Below are positions 23,728 to 35,229 of a stretch of DNA of 64,000 nt, one piece after another. Under the pieces are notes generated by a model. That model made no database searches, had not been told where the DNA came from, and saw nothing but the letters and a program-made list of their open reading frames with translations. Each line of letters begins with the position of its first letter. The first letter of the stretch is position 1. Source of the stretch: Eledone cirrhosa (Eukaryota); NCBI GenBank assembly GCA_964016885.1, contig OZ024740.1:62434001-62498000 (forward strand), in the 5' to 3' direction. The position numbers and the translations under genes are program-made.

Positions 23728-26700
23728 TTACAGACACATACTCAGAGAAGGCCCATTCATTCGGGCCATACTTGCTTCTCTCACCCATCTTTCAACAAAA
23801 TGCTGGGAAGAGAGCACTTCCCTCTCTACCCTGATTTTCCTTTTCAAATGAAATTTGAAAAAGTTAATCAGGGCATCACCGAAGAGGTAAGTGCTCGTCT
23901 TCAGCTCTTTCAAACGTGTCCACCATACTATCTCTTTCGCCATGGCCACCAGACAGATAAAAACTGCCTGCCCTTCCAGGCTAAAGGAAGGGGGCGGGGC
24001 AATCCTCACGATGGACTCAGCTGATAGCTGGATCAGTCCTACACGTGACAGCAGGTGTTCGACATAAACCCACAAGTCAGCAATTTTCGGACACTGGACG
24101 AGTGCGTGCAGGACGGTTTCGTCGCCCTGCGCGCATCTCGGACATGCCCGGCTGACGGCACCTCCATGCCTGTAGAGTTTATCCCGAACAGGCAAAGCTC
24201 CTCGGTAGCACTGCCAGGCCAGGGATTTCTGGAAGTTGTCCATAGGCCCCGGCCCGAAAGTCCTTCCGAAGAGATTGGCTAGTTGATTTTCGTCGACGCC
24301 TAGAGTTTCTCCAAGTACGTCGTCGCTCTTCCCCTCCACTAATCCCCTATAGAACGCCAAGGTGGAGTTTCCACCGATCACATTGCCCGATTGGTCGAGG
24401 GCTGTGAGCGCCTGAAGACATTCCAGTCTCCAAGCGCTCCCTCTCGGTCTTCGCTTGACCCAGGACTGCAGCTCCGTCAAGGAGACGAGCTGGGGAAAAA
24501 CGTGTCTTGCAAACGGCGACCACACCTGATCACCGTCGAGGAAGAGGTGGAGATGTCGTAGCCTGAGCGCGTGTCTGCGCATCATCAGCCACGGCATGCC
24601 CAGCCCTCCACGTAGCGGGTGTTGACAGCAAATGGACCGCCTGACCATCGGAGCGCGTCCCTTCCACAAGAAGCGAAAGAGCAAACGCTCCAGCGCAGTC
24701 AGGCGGGGCTTAGGACAAGGTACGACGGTCAGGCGGTAGTAGATGACGGACGCGATATACGCGTTAGCCACCTCCGCTCGACCTTTCAGGGATAGCTTCC
24801 TCTCGGCCCATTTCTGGGTGAGAGAAGCCACTCTGCTCGTCACTTCGTCCCAGTGTTTGTCCGTCTGGAGGTCCGGACCGAACCAGATCCCGAGCAATTT
24901 AACTGGTCCGTCCGTCCAGCGCCCGACGACGCTGTTGGACGGCATGGACCTGCCTCTCCAGGTGCCGAGCTGCAGGCCCACTGACTTTTCCTGGTTGATC
25001 ATTGCTCCTGTCACCGCTTCGTATTCTCTTAGTGAAGTGCCAATCGCCTCGATGTGTTTGGCGTTCGACACCACTACGGTGACATCGTCCGCATATGCTG
25101 ACACCGATCTTCCGCATCCTAGTTTGCGCGGGACCCCCCCCACTCAACGTCTCCAGTTTGTGCAGTAATGGCTCGAGAGTCAATACATACAAGAGGGACG
25201 AGAGGGGACATCCTTGGCGGACCGAGCGCATGATGTTGAACGGTTCCGAAAGGTGACCGTTCACTCTCACCACAGAGCAGATGTCGCTGTGCATGGCAGC
25301 CATCCAGCCTCTGAAGACGGGCCCAAAGCCAGCCGCCCCCAGGACTGCCGCTAGGTAACGATGGTCGACCCTATCGAAAGCTTTCGACTGATCTAAATTG
25401 ATCAAGGCCCCCACCGTGCCAGGTTCCCTAGCTACCCTCTCTACGATGTATCGCATGAGGTGGAGGTTGTCGTGGATGGATCTGTCGGGAATGGCGCATG
25501 TCTGCGCCTCTCCCACCAGACCACCAACGACAAGCGCCAACCTCTTTGATAGCACCTTGGCCAAAATCTTGAACTCTGTGTTTAGCAGAGTTATGGGCCT
25601 AAAATTATCTATGCTATCCCCCTTGTTCGGATCCTTTCTCAGCAGTGCCACCGCTCCTCGGCTCACAGAGCTGGGAATTCTCCCGTTCTGTTGCCAGTTG
25701 CAGTAGACGTCCGCCAAGAGGCCTCTGAACAAGTCTGGCATCTGTACGTAAAGTTCATAGGGCAGACCATCCAAACCAGGCGATTTACCCATTGTGCAGC
25801 TAATCATTGCCTCCCGTACTTCAGCGGCTGTTATCGGCTTTTCGCAACACTCCGCCTCAGTGGCCGAGAGCCGCGGCAGTCCGTCGAGGTAGACGCTAAA
25901 GTCCATCCCTCGATCCGGCCCGCCGCTGCCACCGAACAACTGAGCGAAGTGTCGCTGAAAAGCTTCACACATTTGCCCGGGATTGAGTAGCATGCGCCCG
26001 TCGTGGTCCATCAAAGACCGGATCGTGGCTTTGTTTCCACGATGCGCCTCCGTCACTCGGGCCCATTGAACGGCTTTCGTCCCCTCGTGTCTGAGAGCAT
26101 GCACCCTAGCTCTGACAACGCAGCCTTCGTGTTTTGCATTGAAGAATTGGTCAAGGGCCAATTTCGCCGCAAGCACGTCGGTAGCGATGCCTTTGGTAAG
26201 CGCCTCGTCTAATTTTCTAACTAATTCTCCCTCTGCTCTATTTTTCTCTATTGCTAAAGCCTTACTAAACCTAATGGACTCTATTCTAATTGCTCTTTTC
26301 TGAGCAAACCACCACTTGTTGTTGACGATGGCCCCCGTCAACGCCCGCTTAACTAGTTCGCTAATGTGGTCTCTGTAGGCCTTGCGCGCTGGTAAGGACG
26401 CGTTTAGCTTCCAGTAGCCGGGTCCTCGTCTATGAAGCCTATCTAAGTCAAGTACACAGATCACGAATTTGTGGTCCGTGTAGCTGACTATCTTGAATTG
26501 TGGACAGCCTATGCTAGATCTATCTATTTCTCTACAAAATACTCTATCTAGATATGATCTGGATGACCATACGCGATTTGTCCAAGTCCACAGTGGCACA
26601 TTCGGGAAATCCAACGGTATCTGTCAGACAGTTCAAAATGCCTGAGCAGGTTGGTGAGGCTCTTGCACCCTCCTCCCCTATCCGCTAATCCCACACAGTC

Positions 26701-27151
26701 CCAGCGTGCATCTAAGATCCCGTTCCAGTCGCCCACTAACACTAAAGAGCGGGACGTTCCAAGAAAGGTCTCCAGACGCTGGAAGAAATCAGGCCGCCCT
26801 GCTCCTGTCGGGGCATAGACGGCCACTAGCCTGAAAGCTTGCCCGTCTCCGCTGGTCACGTCTAGCACCACCAACTTACCTTCTGAGTCCAGGAAGATGG
26901 CCCGTATGGCGAGATCCAAACCTCTCCGAAAAAGCACAGCAACTCCTTCCCCCCGATCCAGGACGGCTGGGAGATGCGTACACATCGTAGCCGCCGAAGA
27001 TCGGTGCGAAGGCCCGTGCTTCGGAGATTCTGGTCTCGCTGATGGCCACTACATCTATGTTTAGTGACCTGAGGTCGTTGAGCAGGTGGCCCTGCTTCCA
27101 TGACGACCCCAAGCCACGCGCATTTATGCTGCCTATTCTGAGTGAGGTCAT
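23728..27151 (-). pseudogene. ORF2 of Tx1 copy A (APE endonuclease, RT, C-terminal zinc finger) with three frameshifts near 26950, 26612 and 25140
   Basis: ORF pieces 26876-27232, 26548-26985, 24899-26614 and 23728-25143 together reproduce the intact ORF at 29677-33096 almost residue for residue. Confidence 0.92.
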
Positions 27152-27185
27152 GTTGAAATGGAGTGGAAAAGATGGGAAAGACCAC

Positions 27186-29144
27186 TTACCGTACTTCTCG
27201 TAGAGGAAGGATGGTTTGTCCATCCTTTTCACTGCTTGTGGCCTTCTCCAGAAGGATATCCTTATAAATCCTCCTGGAGAGTGTTTGTCGGAAGTCTCCG
27301 ATGTCTTTGGGGAATTTTTGTTTTAGTGTCGTGTACATTTTCTGTGTGATGCGAGTGATTTGTATGTGTGGAGGTGGTGTGAACTTTTGGGTTGTTGTGT
27401 AGTCTTTTTCTGTGATGCTGGTGTTGTGTTGCATGTAGTGTAATAATTGGTTGTTGTTCAAATTTAATGCTGTGTAGTGTGTATCGTTTTGGTTGTTTTG
27501 TTTTGTTTGCGTTTGTTGTGGGTTTGTTTCTATTACGCTTTTTGGTGACTTTTGTGGTGTTGGTGATGGTGGTGTTGGGGTTAATGATGGTGATGGTGTT
27601 GGTGTTTGTGGTGATGGGGTTGGTGATGCTGGTGTGGATGGTGGCATATCTGTCTTAACTTTCTTGTTCGATAATTTATTTGTTTCCCTCTGTATTTTGT
27701 TTTTTGAGGGGGAAGGATGAGAATTTTTTCTTTTTTGGTTTCTTTTTTTTTTCTCTTTTCCTGATACCATTTCCCACTCCTCGTCGTCACAATCTATCTC
27801 CAGTTGCGATAAGCCGGGGAGTGGAAAATCCTCCACAGGCGTTGGTTTTGGTTGTGTCGTGGTGGATGGTGTAGGCGCTGGTGCTAGTTCTGGGGCGTTG
27901 GGTGGTGGTGGTGTTGGTTTTGCTACTGTTGCTGGGGTTGTTGCTGTTACAGTTGCTTCTGTTGTTGCTGCTACAGTTGTTGCTGCTATTTCTGCTGCTG
28001 GTGGTGTTGATGATTGAGTCACTGGGGTGGGTAAGAGAGGTGGCCTCAACCTTTTAGCCTGAGGGCAGAAAGCCCTTAGGTGGGTTCCTTCACCACAAAC
28101 GACACACCTAGGTCTTCTGCCCTCGACGATTACGGTGAGGTGGCTGCCGTCAGTGAGGTCTATTACCTCTGGGATCTCTTCAATGCTTTTATGGTCCGCT
28201 TGGATCAGGAGCTCCATCCCATATCCGGACTAGTTCTCCTGCTTTTCTTTTGCTATTTCTATTATTTTGGTGCTGGCCTCGATGCCGGCGAGGACGGCAG
28301 CCATTAGCCAGGGAATTTCGCTGGCCGGTGGAACGTGGGTCACCCTGATCTTTACAAGTCTCTGTCCACAATAGCTTGGGATGAGTGTGAGGTCGTCACT
28401 TCTTAATGGGGCCATGGAGTGTTCTCTGGCCTCCTGTGGTGTTTCAAAGAACACGTCCACGGTTCCATATTTCTGCCTACGTCTGATGTGGGTTTTTTTG
28501 GCCACACATGTCCCAAAGCTTTTTGGATTTGGGACTCAGATGCCCGTTCCACTCGGCGCGATTTTATGTTTATTGTCCGATAAGACACGGTGCATAGGCG
28601 ACGTTATTCCATTTTATTAGGTGTGTGTGTGTGGGGGTGGTGGGGGTGGGGGGGGTGAGGCTGACCCTGTACCCATCTTTCTTTACCATTCCATTGGCTT
28701 CATCTAATTCTTCCTGAGTTACCTGAATCGCTTCGCACGTTTTTGCTACTTTGGCAAAACTCAGGGTAGTTTTCTTAATTTCATTGTTGCTGTTGTTATT
28801 ATCGTTATTTTTGCTATTGTTAATTTTAGTTTCAGTTGTGGTGGTGGTGGCGTCAGTGGTGTCCCGTGTGGAATAGTTCATTTTGGTTGAATTCATTTCG
28901 ATATCATGAGTTAATTTTTTTTTTCTTTTGTTTCTGTTGTCGCTGTAGTGGTGGTGGTGGTGGTGGTGGCGGCTTTAACACCTGCAGTCATTGGTAATGG
29001 CGGGAAATGAACGTCTGCCTGAGACAAATTAAAAATATTGCTACTGCTTACAATTCCAGTGCTGGGAAACGTAGCAATGTTTACAATGGTGGTGTCGGTG
29101 TGAGGTGTTGGATTGTGAGGAAGGAGTGAATCTGAGTCATCCAT
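27186..29144 (-). pseudogene. ORF1 of Tx1 copy A (gag-like, zinc knuckle CVVCGEGTHLRAFC), several frameshifts
   Basis: Pieces 28911-29144, 28570-28896, 28403-28588, 28230-28505 and 27186-28217 align with copy B ORF1 (SFAKVAK, KSRRVERA, KYGTVDV, PSYCGQ, VEGRRP). Confidence 0.85.
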
Positions 29145-29360
29145 TATTTTTCAAAGAAAAAATTTTTGTTTGATAATTATAAAAAGTTTAAATTTTGGGC
29201 TCAAGGCCCCAATATTTTTGAGTGTCCTTTTCAGAAATCAATTTATGTGCACTTATATATAGTTAACAATAAAAATTTTCCATAAATGGCAATTTTAAAT
29301 AACTGAAAATAATAAACCTTTGCGGAGCTCACGATGATACGATTTACTACGTAGGTCGCC

Positions 29361-29416
<56 letters not shown>

Positions 29417-29676
29417 TTTCTTTATTAACCACAAGGGTTTACATAAAGTAGACATTAAGGACAGTGCAGGACAATGCAGGACGGTACAAATGGGCATTTC
29501 TGCGTGTAAAAAAAAAAAAACAGAGGATGTAACAAAAATAACAATGAAAATAACAATGAAAAATTCCCCAATAGGGGGGAGACTTCGGAGGGACATTTGT
29601 GGAGAAAGCCCAGTAAAAAGCCACAATGACCCTGACCACCAAGGCAAGTGCCCTCTCCCAGTTTTCCACCTTTAAT

Positions 29677-32600
29677 TTACAGATATATGCTCAGAGTAGG
29701 CCCATTCACTCGGGCCATTCTTGCTTCTCTCACCCATCTTTCAACAAAATGCTGGGAAGAGAGCACTTCCCTCTCTACTCTGATTTTCCTTTTCAAATGA
29801 AATTTGAAAAAGTCAATCAGAGCATCACCGAAGAGGTAAGTGCTCGTCTTAAGCCCTTTCAAACGTGTCCACCATACTATCTCTTTCGCCATGGCCACCA
29901 GGCAGATAAAAACTGCCTGCCCTTCCCGGCTAAAGGAGGAGGGCGGGGCAATCCTCACGATGGACTCAGATGATAGCCGGATCCGTCCTAAACGCGACAG
30001 CAGGTGTTCGACATAAACCCACAAGTCAGCAATTTTCGGACACTGGACGAGTGCGTGCAGGACGGTTTCGTCGCCCTGCGCGCATCTCGGACATGCCCGG
30101 CTGACGGCACCTCCATGCCTGTAGAGTTTATCCCGAACTGGCAAGGCTCCTCGGTAGCACTGCCAGGCCAGAGATTTCTGGAAGTTGTCCATAGGCCCTG
30201 GCCCGAAAGTTCTTCCGAAGAGATTGGCTAGTTGATTTTCGTCGACGCCTAGAGTTTCCCCAAGTACGTCGTCGCTCTTCCCCTCCACTAATCCTCTATA
30301 GAACGCCGAGGTGGAGTTTCCACCGATCACATTGCCCGATTGGTCGAGGGCTGTGAGCGCCTGAAGACATTCCAGTCTCCAGGCGCTCCCTCTCGGTCTT
30401 CGCTTGACCCAGGACTGCAGCTCCGTCAAGGAAACGAGCTGGGGAAACACGCGTCTAGCAAACGGCGACCACACCTGATCACCGTCGAGGAAGAGGTGGA
30501 GATGTCGTAGCCTGAGCGCGTGCCTGCGCATCATCAGCCACGGCATGCCCAGCCCTCCACGTAGCGGGTGTTGACAACAGATGGACCGCCTGACCATCGG
30601 AGCGCGTCCCTTCCACAAAAAGCGAAAGAGCAAACGCTCCAGCACAGTCAGGCGAGGCTTAGGACAAGGTACGACGGTCAGGCGGTAGCAGATGACGGAC
30701 GCGATGTACGCGTTAGCCACCTCCGCTCGACCTTTCAGGGATAGCTTCTTCTCCGCCCATTTCTGGGTGAGAGAAGCCACCCTGCTCGTCACCTCGTCCC
30801 AGTTTTTGTCCGTCTGGAGGTCCGGACCGAACCAGACCCCTAGCAATTTAACCGGTCCGTCCGTCCAGCGTCCGACGACGCTGTTGGACGGCATGGACCT
30901 GCCTCTCCAGGTGCCGAGCTGCAGGCCCACTGACTTTTCCTGGTTGATCATTGCTCCTGTCACCGCTTCGTATTCTCTTAGTGTAGTGCCGATCGCCTCG
31001 ATGTGTTTGGCGCTCGACACCACTACGGTGACATCGTCCGCATATGCTGACACTGATCTTCCGCATCCTAGTTCGCGCGGGACTCCCCTCAACGTCTCCA
31101 GTTTGTGCAGTAATGGCTCGAGAGTCAATACGTACAAGAGGGACGAGAGGGGACATCCTTGGCGGACCGAGCGCATGATGTTGAACGGTTCCGACAGGTG
31201 ACCGTTCACTCTCACCACAGAGCAGATGTCGCTGTGCATGGCAGCGATCCAGCCTCTGAAGACGGGCCCAAAGCCAGCCGCCCTCAGGACTGCCGCTAGG
31301 TAACGATGGTCGACCCTATCGAAAGCTTTCGACTGATCTAAATTGATCAAGGACCCACCCGTGCCAGGTTCCCTAGCTACCCTCTCTACGATGTATCGCA
31401 TGAGGTGGAGGTTGTCGTGGATGGATCTGTCGGGAATGGCGCATGTCTGCGCCTCTCCCACCAGACCACCAACGACAAGCGCCAACCTCTTTGCTAGCAC
31501 CTTGGCCAAAATCTTAAACTCTGTGTTTAGCAGAGTTATGGGCCGGAAATTGTCTATGTTATCCCCCTTGTTCGGATCCTTTCTCAGCAGTGCCACCGCT
31601 CCTCGGCTCACAGAACTGGGAATTCTCCCGTTCTGTTGCCAGTTGCAGTAGACGTCCGCCAAGAGGCCTCCGAACAAGTTTGGCATTTGTACGTAAAGTT
31701 CATAGGGCAGACCATCCAAACCAGGCGATTTACCCCTTGTGCAGCCAGTCATTGCCTCCCTTACTTCAGCGGCTGTTATCTGCTTTTCGCAACACTTCGC
31801 CTCAGTGGCCGAGAGCCGCGGCAGTCCGTCGAGGTAGACACTAAAGTCCATCCCTCTACCCGGCCCACCGCTGCCCCCGAACAGCTGAGCGAAGTGTCGC
31901 TGAAAAGCTTCACACATTTTCCCGGGATCGAGTAGCATGCGCCCGTCGTGGTCCACCAAAGACCGGATCGTGGCTTTGTTGCCACGACGCGCCTCCGCCA
32001 CTCGGGCCCATTGAACGGCTTTCGTCCCCTCGTGTCTGAGAGCACGCACCCTTGCTCTGACAACGCAGCCTTCGTGCTTTGCATTGAAGAATTGGTCAAG
32101 GGCCAATTTCGCCGCAAGCACGTCGGTCGCAATGCCTTTGCTAAGCGCCTCGTCTAATTTTGTAACTAGTTCTCCCTCTGCTCTATTTTTCTCTATTGCT
32201 AAAGCCTTACTAAATCTAATCGATTCTATTCTAATCGCTCTTTTCAGAGCAAACCACCACTTGTTGTTGACGATGGCCCCCGTCAACGCCCGCTTAACTA
32301 GTTCGCTAATTCGGTCTCTGTAGGCCTTGCGCGCTGGTAAGGACGCGTTTAGCTTCCAGTAGCCGGGTCCTCGTCTATGAAGCCTATCTAAGTCAAGCAC
32401 ACAGATCACGAATTTGTGGTCCGTGTAGCTGACTATCTTGAATTGTGGACAGCCTATGCTAGACCTATCTATTTCCCTACAAAATACTCTATCTAGATAT
32501 GATCTGGATGACCCTATGCGGTTTGTCCAAGTCCACATTGGCACATTCGGGAAATCCAATCGGTACCTGTCAGACAGTTCAAAACGCCTGAGCAGGTTGG

Positions 32601-33096
32601 TGAGGCTCTTGCACCCTCCACCCCTATCCGCTAATCCCACACAGTCCCAGCGTGCATCTAAGATCCCGTTCCAGTCGCCCACTAACACTAAAGAGCGCGA
32701 CGTTCCAAGAAAGGTCTCCAGACGCCGGAAGAAATCAGGCCGCCCTGCTCCTGTCGGGGCATAGACGGCCACTAGCCTGAAAGCTTGCCCGTCTCCGCTG
32801 GTCACGTCCAGCACCACCAGCTTACCCTCTGGGTCCAGGAAGATGGCCCGTATGGCGAGATCCAAACCTCTCCGAAAAAGTACAGCAACTCCTCCACCGG
32901 ATCCAGGACGGCTGGGAGATGCGTACACATCGTAGCCGCCGAAGATCGGTGCGAAGGCCCGTGCTTCGGAGATTCTGGTCTCGCTGATGGCCACTACATC
33001 TATGTTTAGTGACCTGAGGTCGTTGAGCAGGTGACCCTGCTTCCATGACGACCCCAAGCCACGCGCATTTATGCTGCCTATTCTGAGTGAGGTCAT
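29677..33096 (-). CDS. ORF2p: apurinic-like endonuclease, reverse transcriptase and zf-RVT-type C-terminus (1139 aa, uninterrupted)
   Basis: APE motifs SINARGL, ISET, GGVA, VYAP, VGDWN, YLDRVF, TDH; GPGYWKLN; RT motifs KSPGLDG, NFRPITLLN, LDQSKAFDRVDH, VRQGCPLS, AYADDV; GGLG; CPRC...ETVLHALVQC. Confidence 0.96.
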   Translation of the reverse strand: MTSLRIGSINARGLGSSWKQGHLLNDLRSLNIDVVAISETRISEARAFAPIFGGYDVYASPSRPGSGGGVAVLFRRGLDLAIRAIFLDPEGKLVVLDVTSGDGQAFRLVAVYAPTGAGRPDFFRRLETFLGTSRSLVLVGDWNGILDARWDCVGLADRGGGCKSLTNLLRRFELSDRYRLDFPNVPMWTWTNRIGSSRSYLDRVFCREIDRSSIGCPQFKIVSYTDHKFVICVLDLDRLHRRGPGYWKLNASLPARKAYRDRISELVKRALTGAIVNNKWWFALKRAIRIESIRFSKALAIEKNRAEGELVTKLDEALSKGIATDVLAAKLALDQFFNAKHEGCVVRARVRALRHEGTKAVQWARVAEARRGNKATIRSLVDHDGRMLLDPGKMCEAFQRHFAQLFGGSGGPGRGMDFSVYLDGLPRLSATEAKCCEKQITAAEVREAMTGCTRGKSPGLDGLPYELYVQMPNLFGGLLADVYCNWQQNGRIPSSVSRGAVALLRKDPNKGDNIDNFRPITLLNTEFKILAKVLAKRLALVVGGLVGEAQTCAIPDRSIHDNLHLMRYIVERVAREPGTGGSLINLDQSKAFDRVDHRYLAAVLRAAGFGPVFRGWIAAMHSDICSVVRVNGHLSEPFNIMRSVRQGCPLSSLLYVLTLEPLLHKLETLRGVPRELGCGRSVSAYADDVTVVVSSAKHIEAIGTTLREYEAVTGAMINQEKSVGLQLGTWRGRSMPSNSVVGRWTDGPVKLLGVWFGPDLQTDKNWDEVTSRVASLTQKWAEKKLSLKGRAEVANAYIASVICYRLTVVPCPKPRLTVLERLLFRFLWKGRAPMVRRSICCQHPLRGGLGMPWLMMRRHALRLRHLHLFLDGDQVWSPFARRVFPQLVSLTELQSWVKRRPRGSAWRLECLQALTALDQSGNVIGGNSTSAFYRGLVEGKSDDVLGETLGVDENQLANLFGRTFGPGPMDNFQKSLAWQCYRGALPVRDKLYRHGGAVSRACPRCAQGDETVLHALVQCPKIADLWVYVEHLLSRLGRIRLSSESIVRIAPPSSFSREGQAVFICLVAMAKEIVWWTRLKGLKTSTYLFGDALIDFFKFHLKRKIRVEREVLSSQHFVERWVREARMARVNGPTLSIYL

Positions 33097-33131
33097 GTTT
33101 AAAATAGAGTGGAAAAGATGGGAAAGACCAC

Positions 33132-35229
33132 TTACCGTACTTTTGGTAGAGGAGGGATGGTTTTTACATCCCTTTTCACTTGATCGTCTGGTGAAGGGAC
33201 CGTTGAATCGTCCCTTCGGCTGGTCGTCGGCTCTTCTAAGAGAATGTCTGAGTATACTCTTCGATTGATGGTTCCTCCTAGGTCCCTGAAATCACCAACT
33301 GCGTTGGGGAATTTCGTTTTAATATTTGTGTATTGTTTCTGTGCTATTTTTAGCAGTCTTATGTTAGTTGGCGTTTTGATTGGTGCTGGTATTATGTAGT
33401 CCTGTTGTGAAATGTCTGTGTGTTCAATTATGTAAGTCATTAGTTTCTTGTTGTGTGTATTTATTGCCGTGCATTTGTTTTTCTGGGGGTGGGGTGTGGT
33501 TCTGCTATTTTCTTGTCGTTGTTGCTGGGTGTGTGTGTTTTGTTGTTGTGTTTGCGATGTTGGTGCTTGTGGTGGTGGTGTTGAAGGTGTTGTTGCCGGT
33601 GGGGTTGTCGCCGGTGGTGATGGTGGCGCTAGTGTGGGTGGTGATGGTGTTGGTGTTGTTGCTGCTGTGGGTCTCTTTGCAGTAGACTTTACCCTTTTCT
33701 CATTTCTTTCCTCACTTTTCAAAGGCGACGATGCGCTGCTTCTGCGTTTGTGCCTTCTTACGACCTTTTGCCATCTCTCTCCCACCTCACACTCCATGTC
33801 TGATTCTGTGAGGTCGGGGAGGGGTACCAACTCCACTCTTTCACTTGTTGTTGTTGGTGATGTTTGCACTGGAGTCTCTGTTGCAGCTGCATTTGGTATT
33901 GCTGTTGTTGTTGTTAGTATTTCCACTGCTGCTGCTGTTTTTGATTTCCGTGGAGTGGGTATGGGTGCCACGGGCCTATCGTTCCTGGTTGCCGCTTGTC
34001 CTGTTGCTGGTAGCCGTGGAGCCGGATTCGGAAGGAGGGGGGTTTTCTCCTTTCTCAGGGTCTTCTCGTTGCAGAAGGCCCTGAGGTGAGTCTTCGATCC
34101 ACAGCGAAAGCATTTCGGGCGTTTGCCCTCAACACTTATGGGAAGTTGAGTGCCGTTATCGAAGTCTATCACATCCGGGATAGCTTCGATGCACTCCTGG
34201 TTGGTTTGGATTAGCATCTCAATGGAGGAGCCGACCCAATCTTCTCTTACTTTTTTCTGTACTTGCAGTACAGTTGTTTTGTCCTCGATTCCGACGAGGA
34301 CAGACGCGGCCAGCCAAGAAGGGGTCATTCCGGGGGGGGACGTGGGTCAGTTTGACCCTCACAATTTTTTGCCCACAGTAGGAGGGCACCAACACCATTT
34401 CCTCGCTCCTTAGGGTCACTACTGATTGGGCCTTTGCCTCCTGGGGTGTGGCAAAAAGTACGTCTACGGTGGCATATTTTTTGCCTCGGGTGATGTGCGT
34501 TTTCCGCTGCCACACAGACCCCAAGGCTTTTTGTATTTGGGCCTCTGTGGCTCTTTCCACCCTACGGGATTTTGTACTTACTGTACGGTACGTGACCGTA
34601 CAGTGCTCTTGGGTTTCGAAAAAATTTTTCGCTGCCTTGCAGATTGCTCGGTGTCCGTTCTTTGTCACCATCTTCTTCGCTTCCTCTAATTCCTCATTTG
34701 TTATGAGGATTGTTTCCAAATTTTTCGCAATACCTGCAAATGAGATTGGTTTTTCTCTGCTGTTGTTGTTGTCGTCAGAGCTGCTGGTACTTTTGTTGTT
34801 GCTGCAGGTACTACGACTACTGCCTCCGCCGCTGTTGCTGTGGTTGTTGTTGGTGTTGCTGCTGCTAATGCTGTTGTTGTTTATGCTGCTGGTGATGCTG
34901 TTGCGGCTGCTACTGTTGTTTTCATTGTCACTGTTGCTGTTGTTATTACGGCTGCTACTGCTATTATTCCTGACGTCAGACGAATGAACTGGGTTTTCGT
35001 ATTTCCCGCACACCTGTTTCGTCGCTGTCGTCGTCGTCGTGGAGAAACCTTGCACGCTTTGCACGAGACTTTTATTTTCTTTCGTCGCTTGCGAAAGAGA
35101 AGGGAGGGAGAGAGACACATTTAAAGAAGGGAGGGAGAGAGACAATCTTCTCTCTGCTGTAGTGACGATTGAGGAAAAAGAAGACGGAATGAGTGGGAGT
35201 GACCTATGCAAATTCTTTTTCGTAGCCAT
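33132..35229 (-). CDS. ORF1p of Tx1 copy B, about 698 aa if one base is removed from the G8 run near 34333-34340; CCHC knuckle CFRCGSKTHLRAFC
   Basis: ORFs 34219-35229 and 33132-34328 join as HVPP-GMTPSWL after deleting one C on the coding strand; copy A reads HVPP-ASEIPWL here without a shift. Confidence 0.82.

Larger units (their letters stand above)
23485..29360 (-). mobile_element. Full-length Tx1/L1-type non-LTR retrotransposon, copy A (frameshifted)
   Basis: 5'UTR, CCHC-containing ORF1 in pieces, APE-RT ORF2 in pieces, AATAAA then an (ATT)n tail; (ATT)n also abuts the 5' end. Confidence 0.92.
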
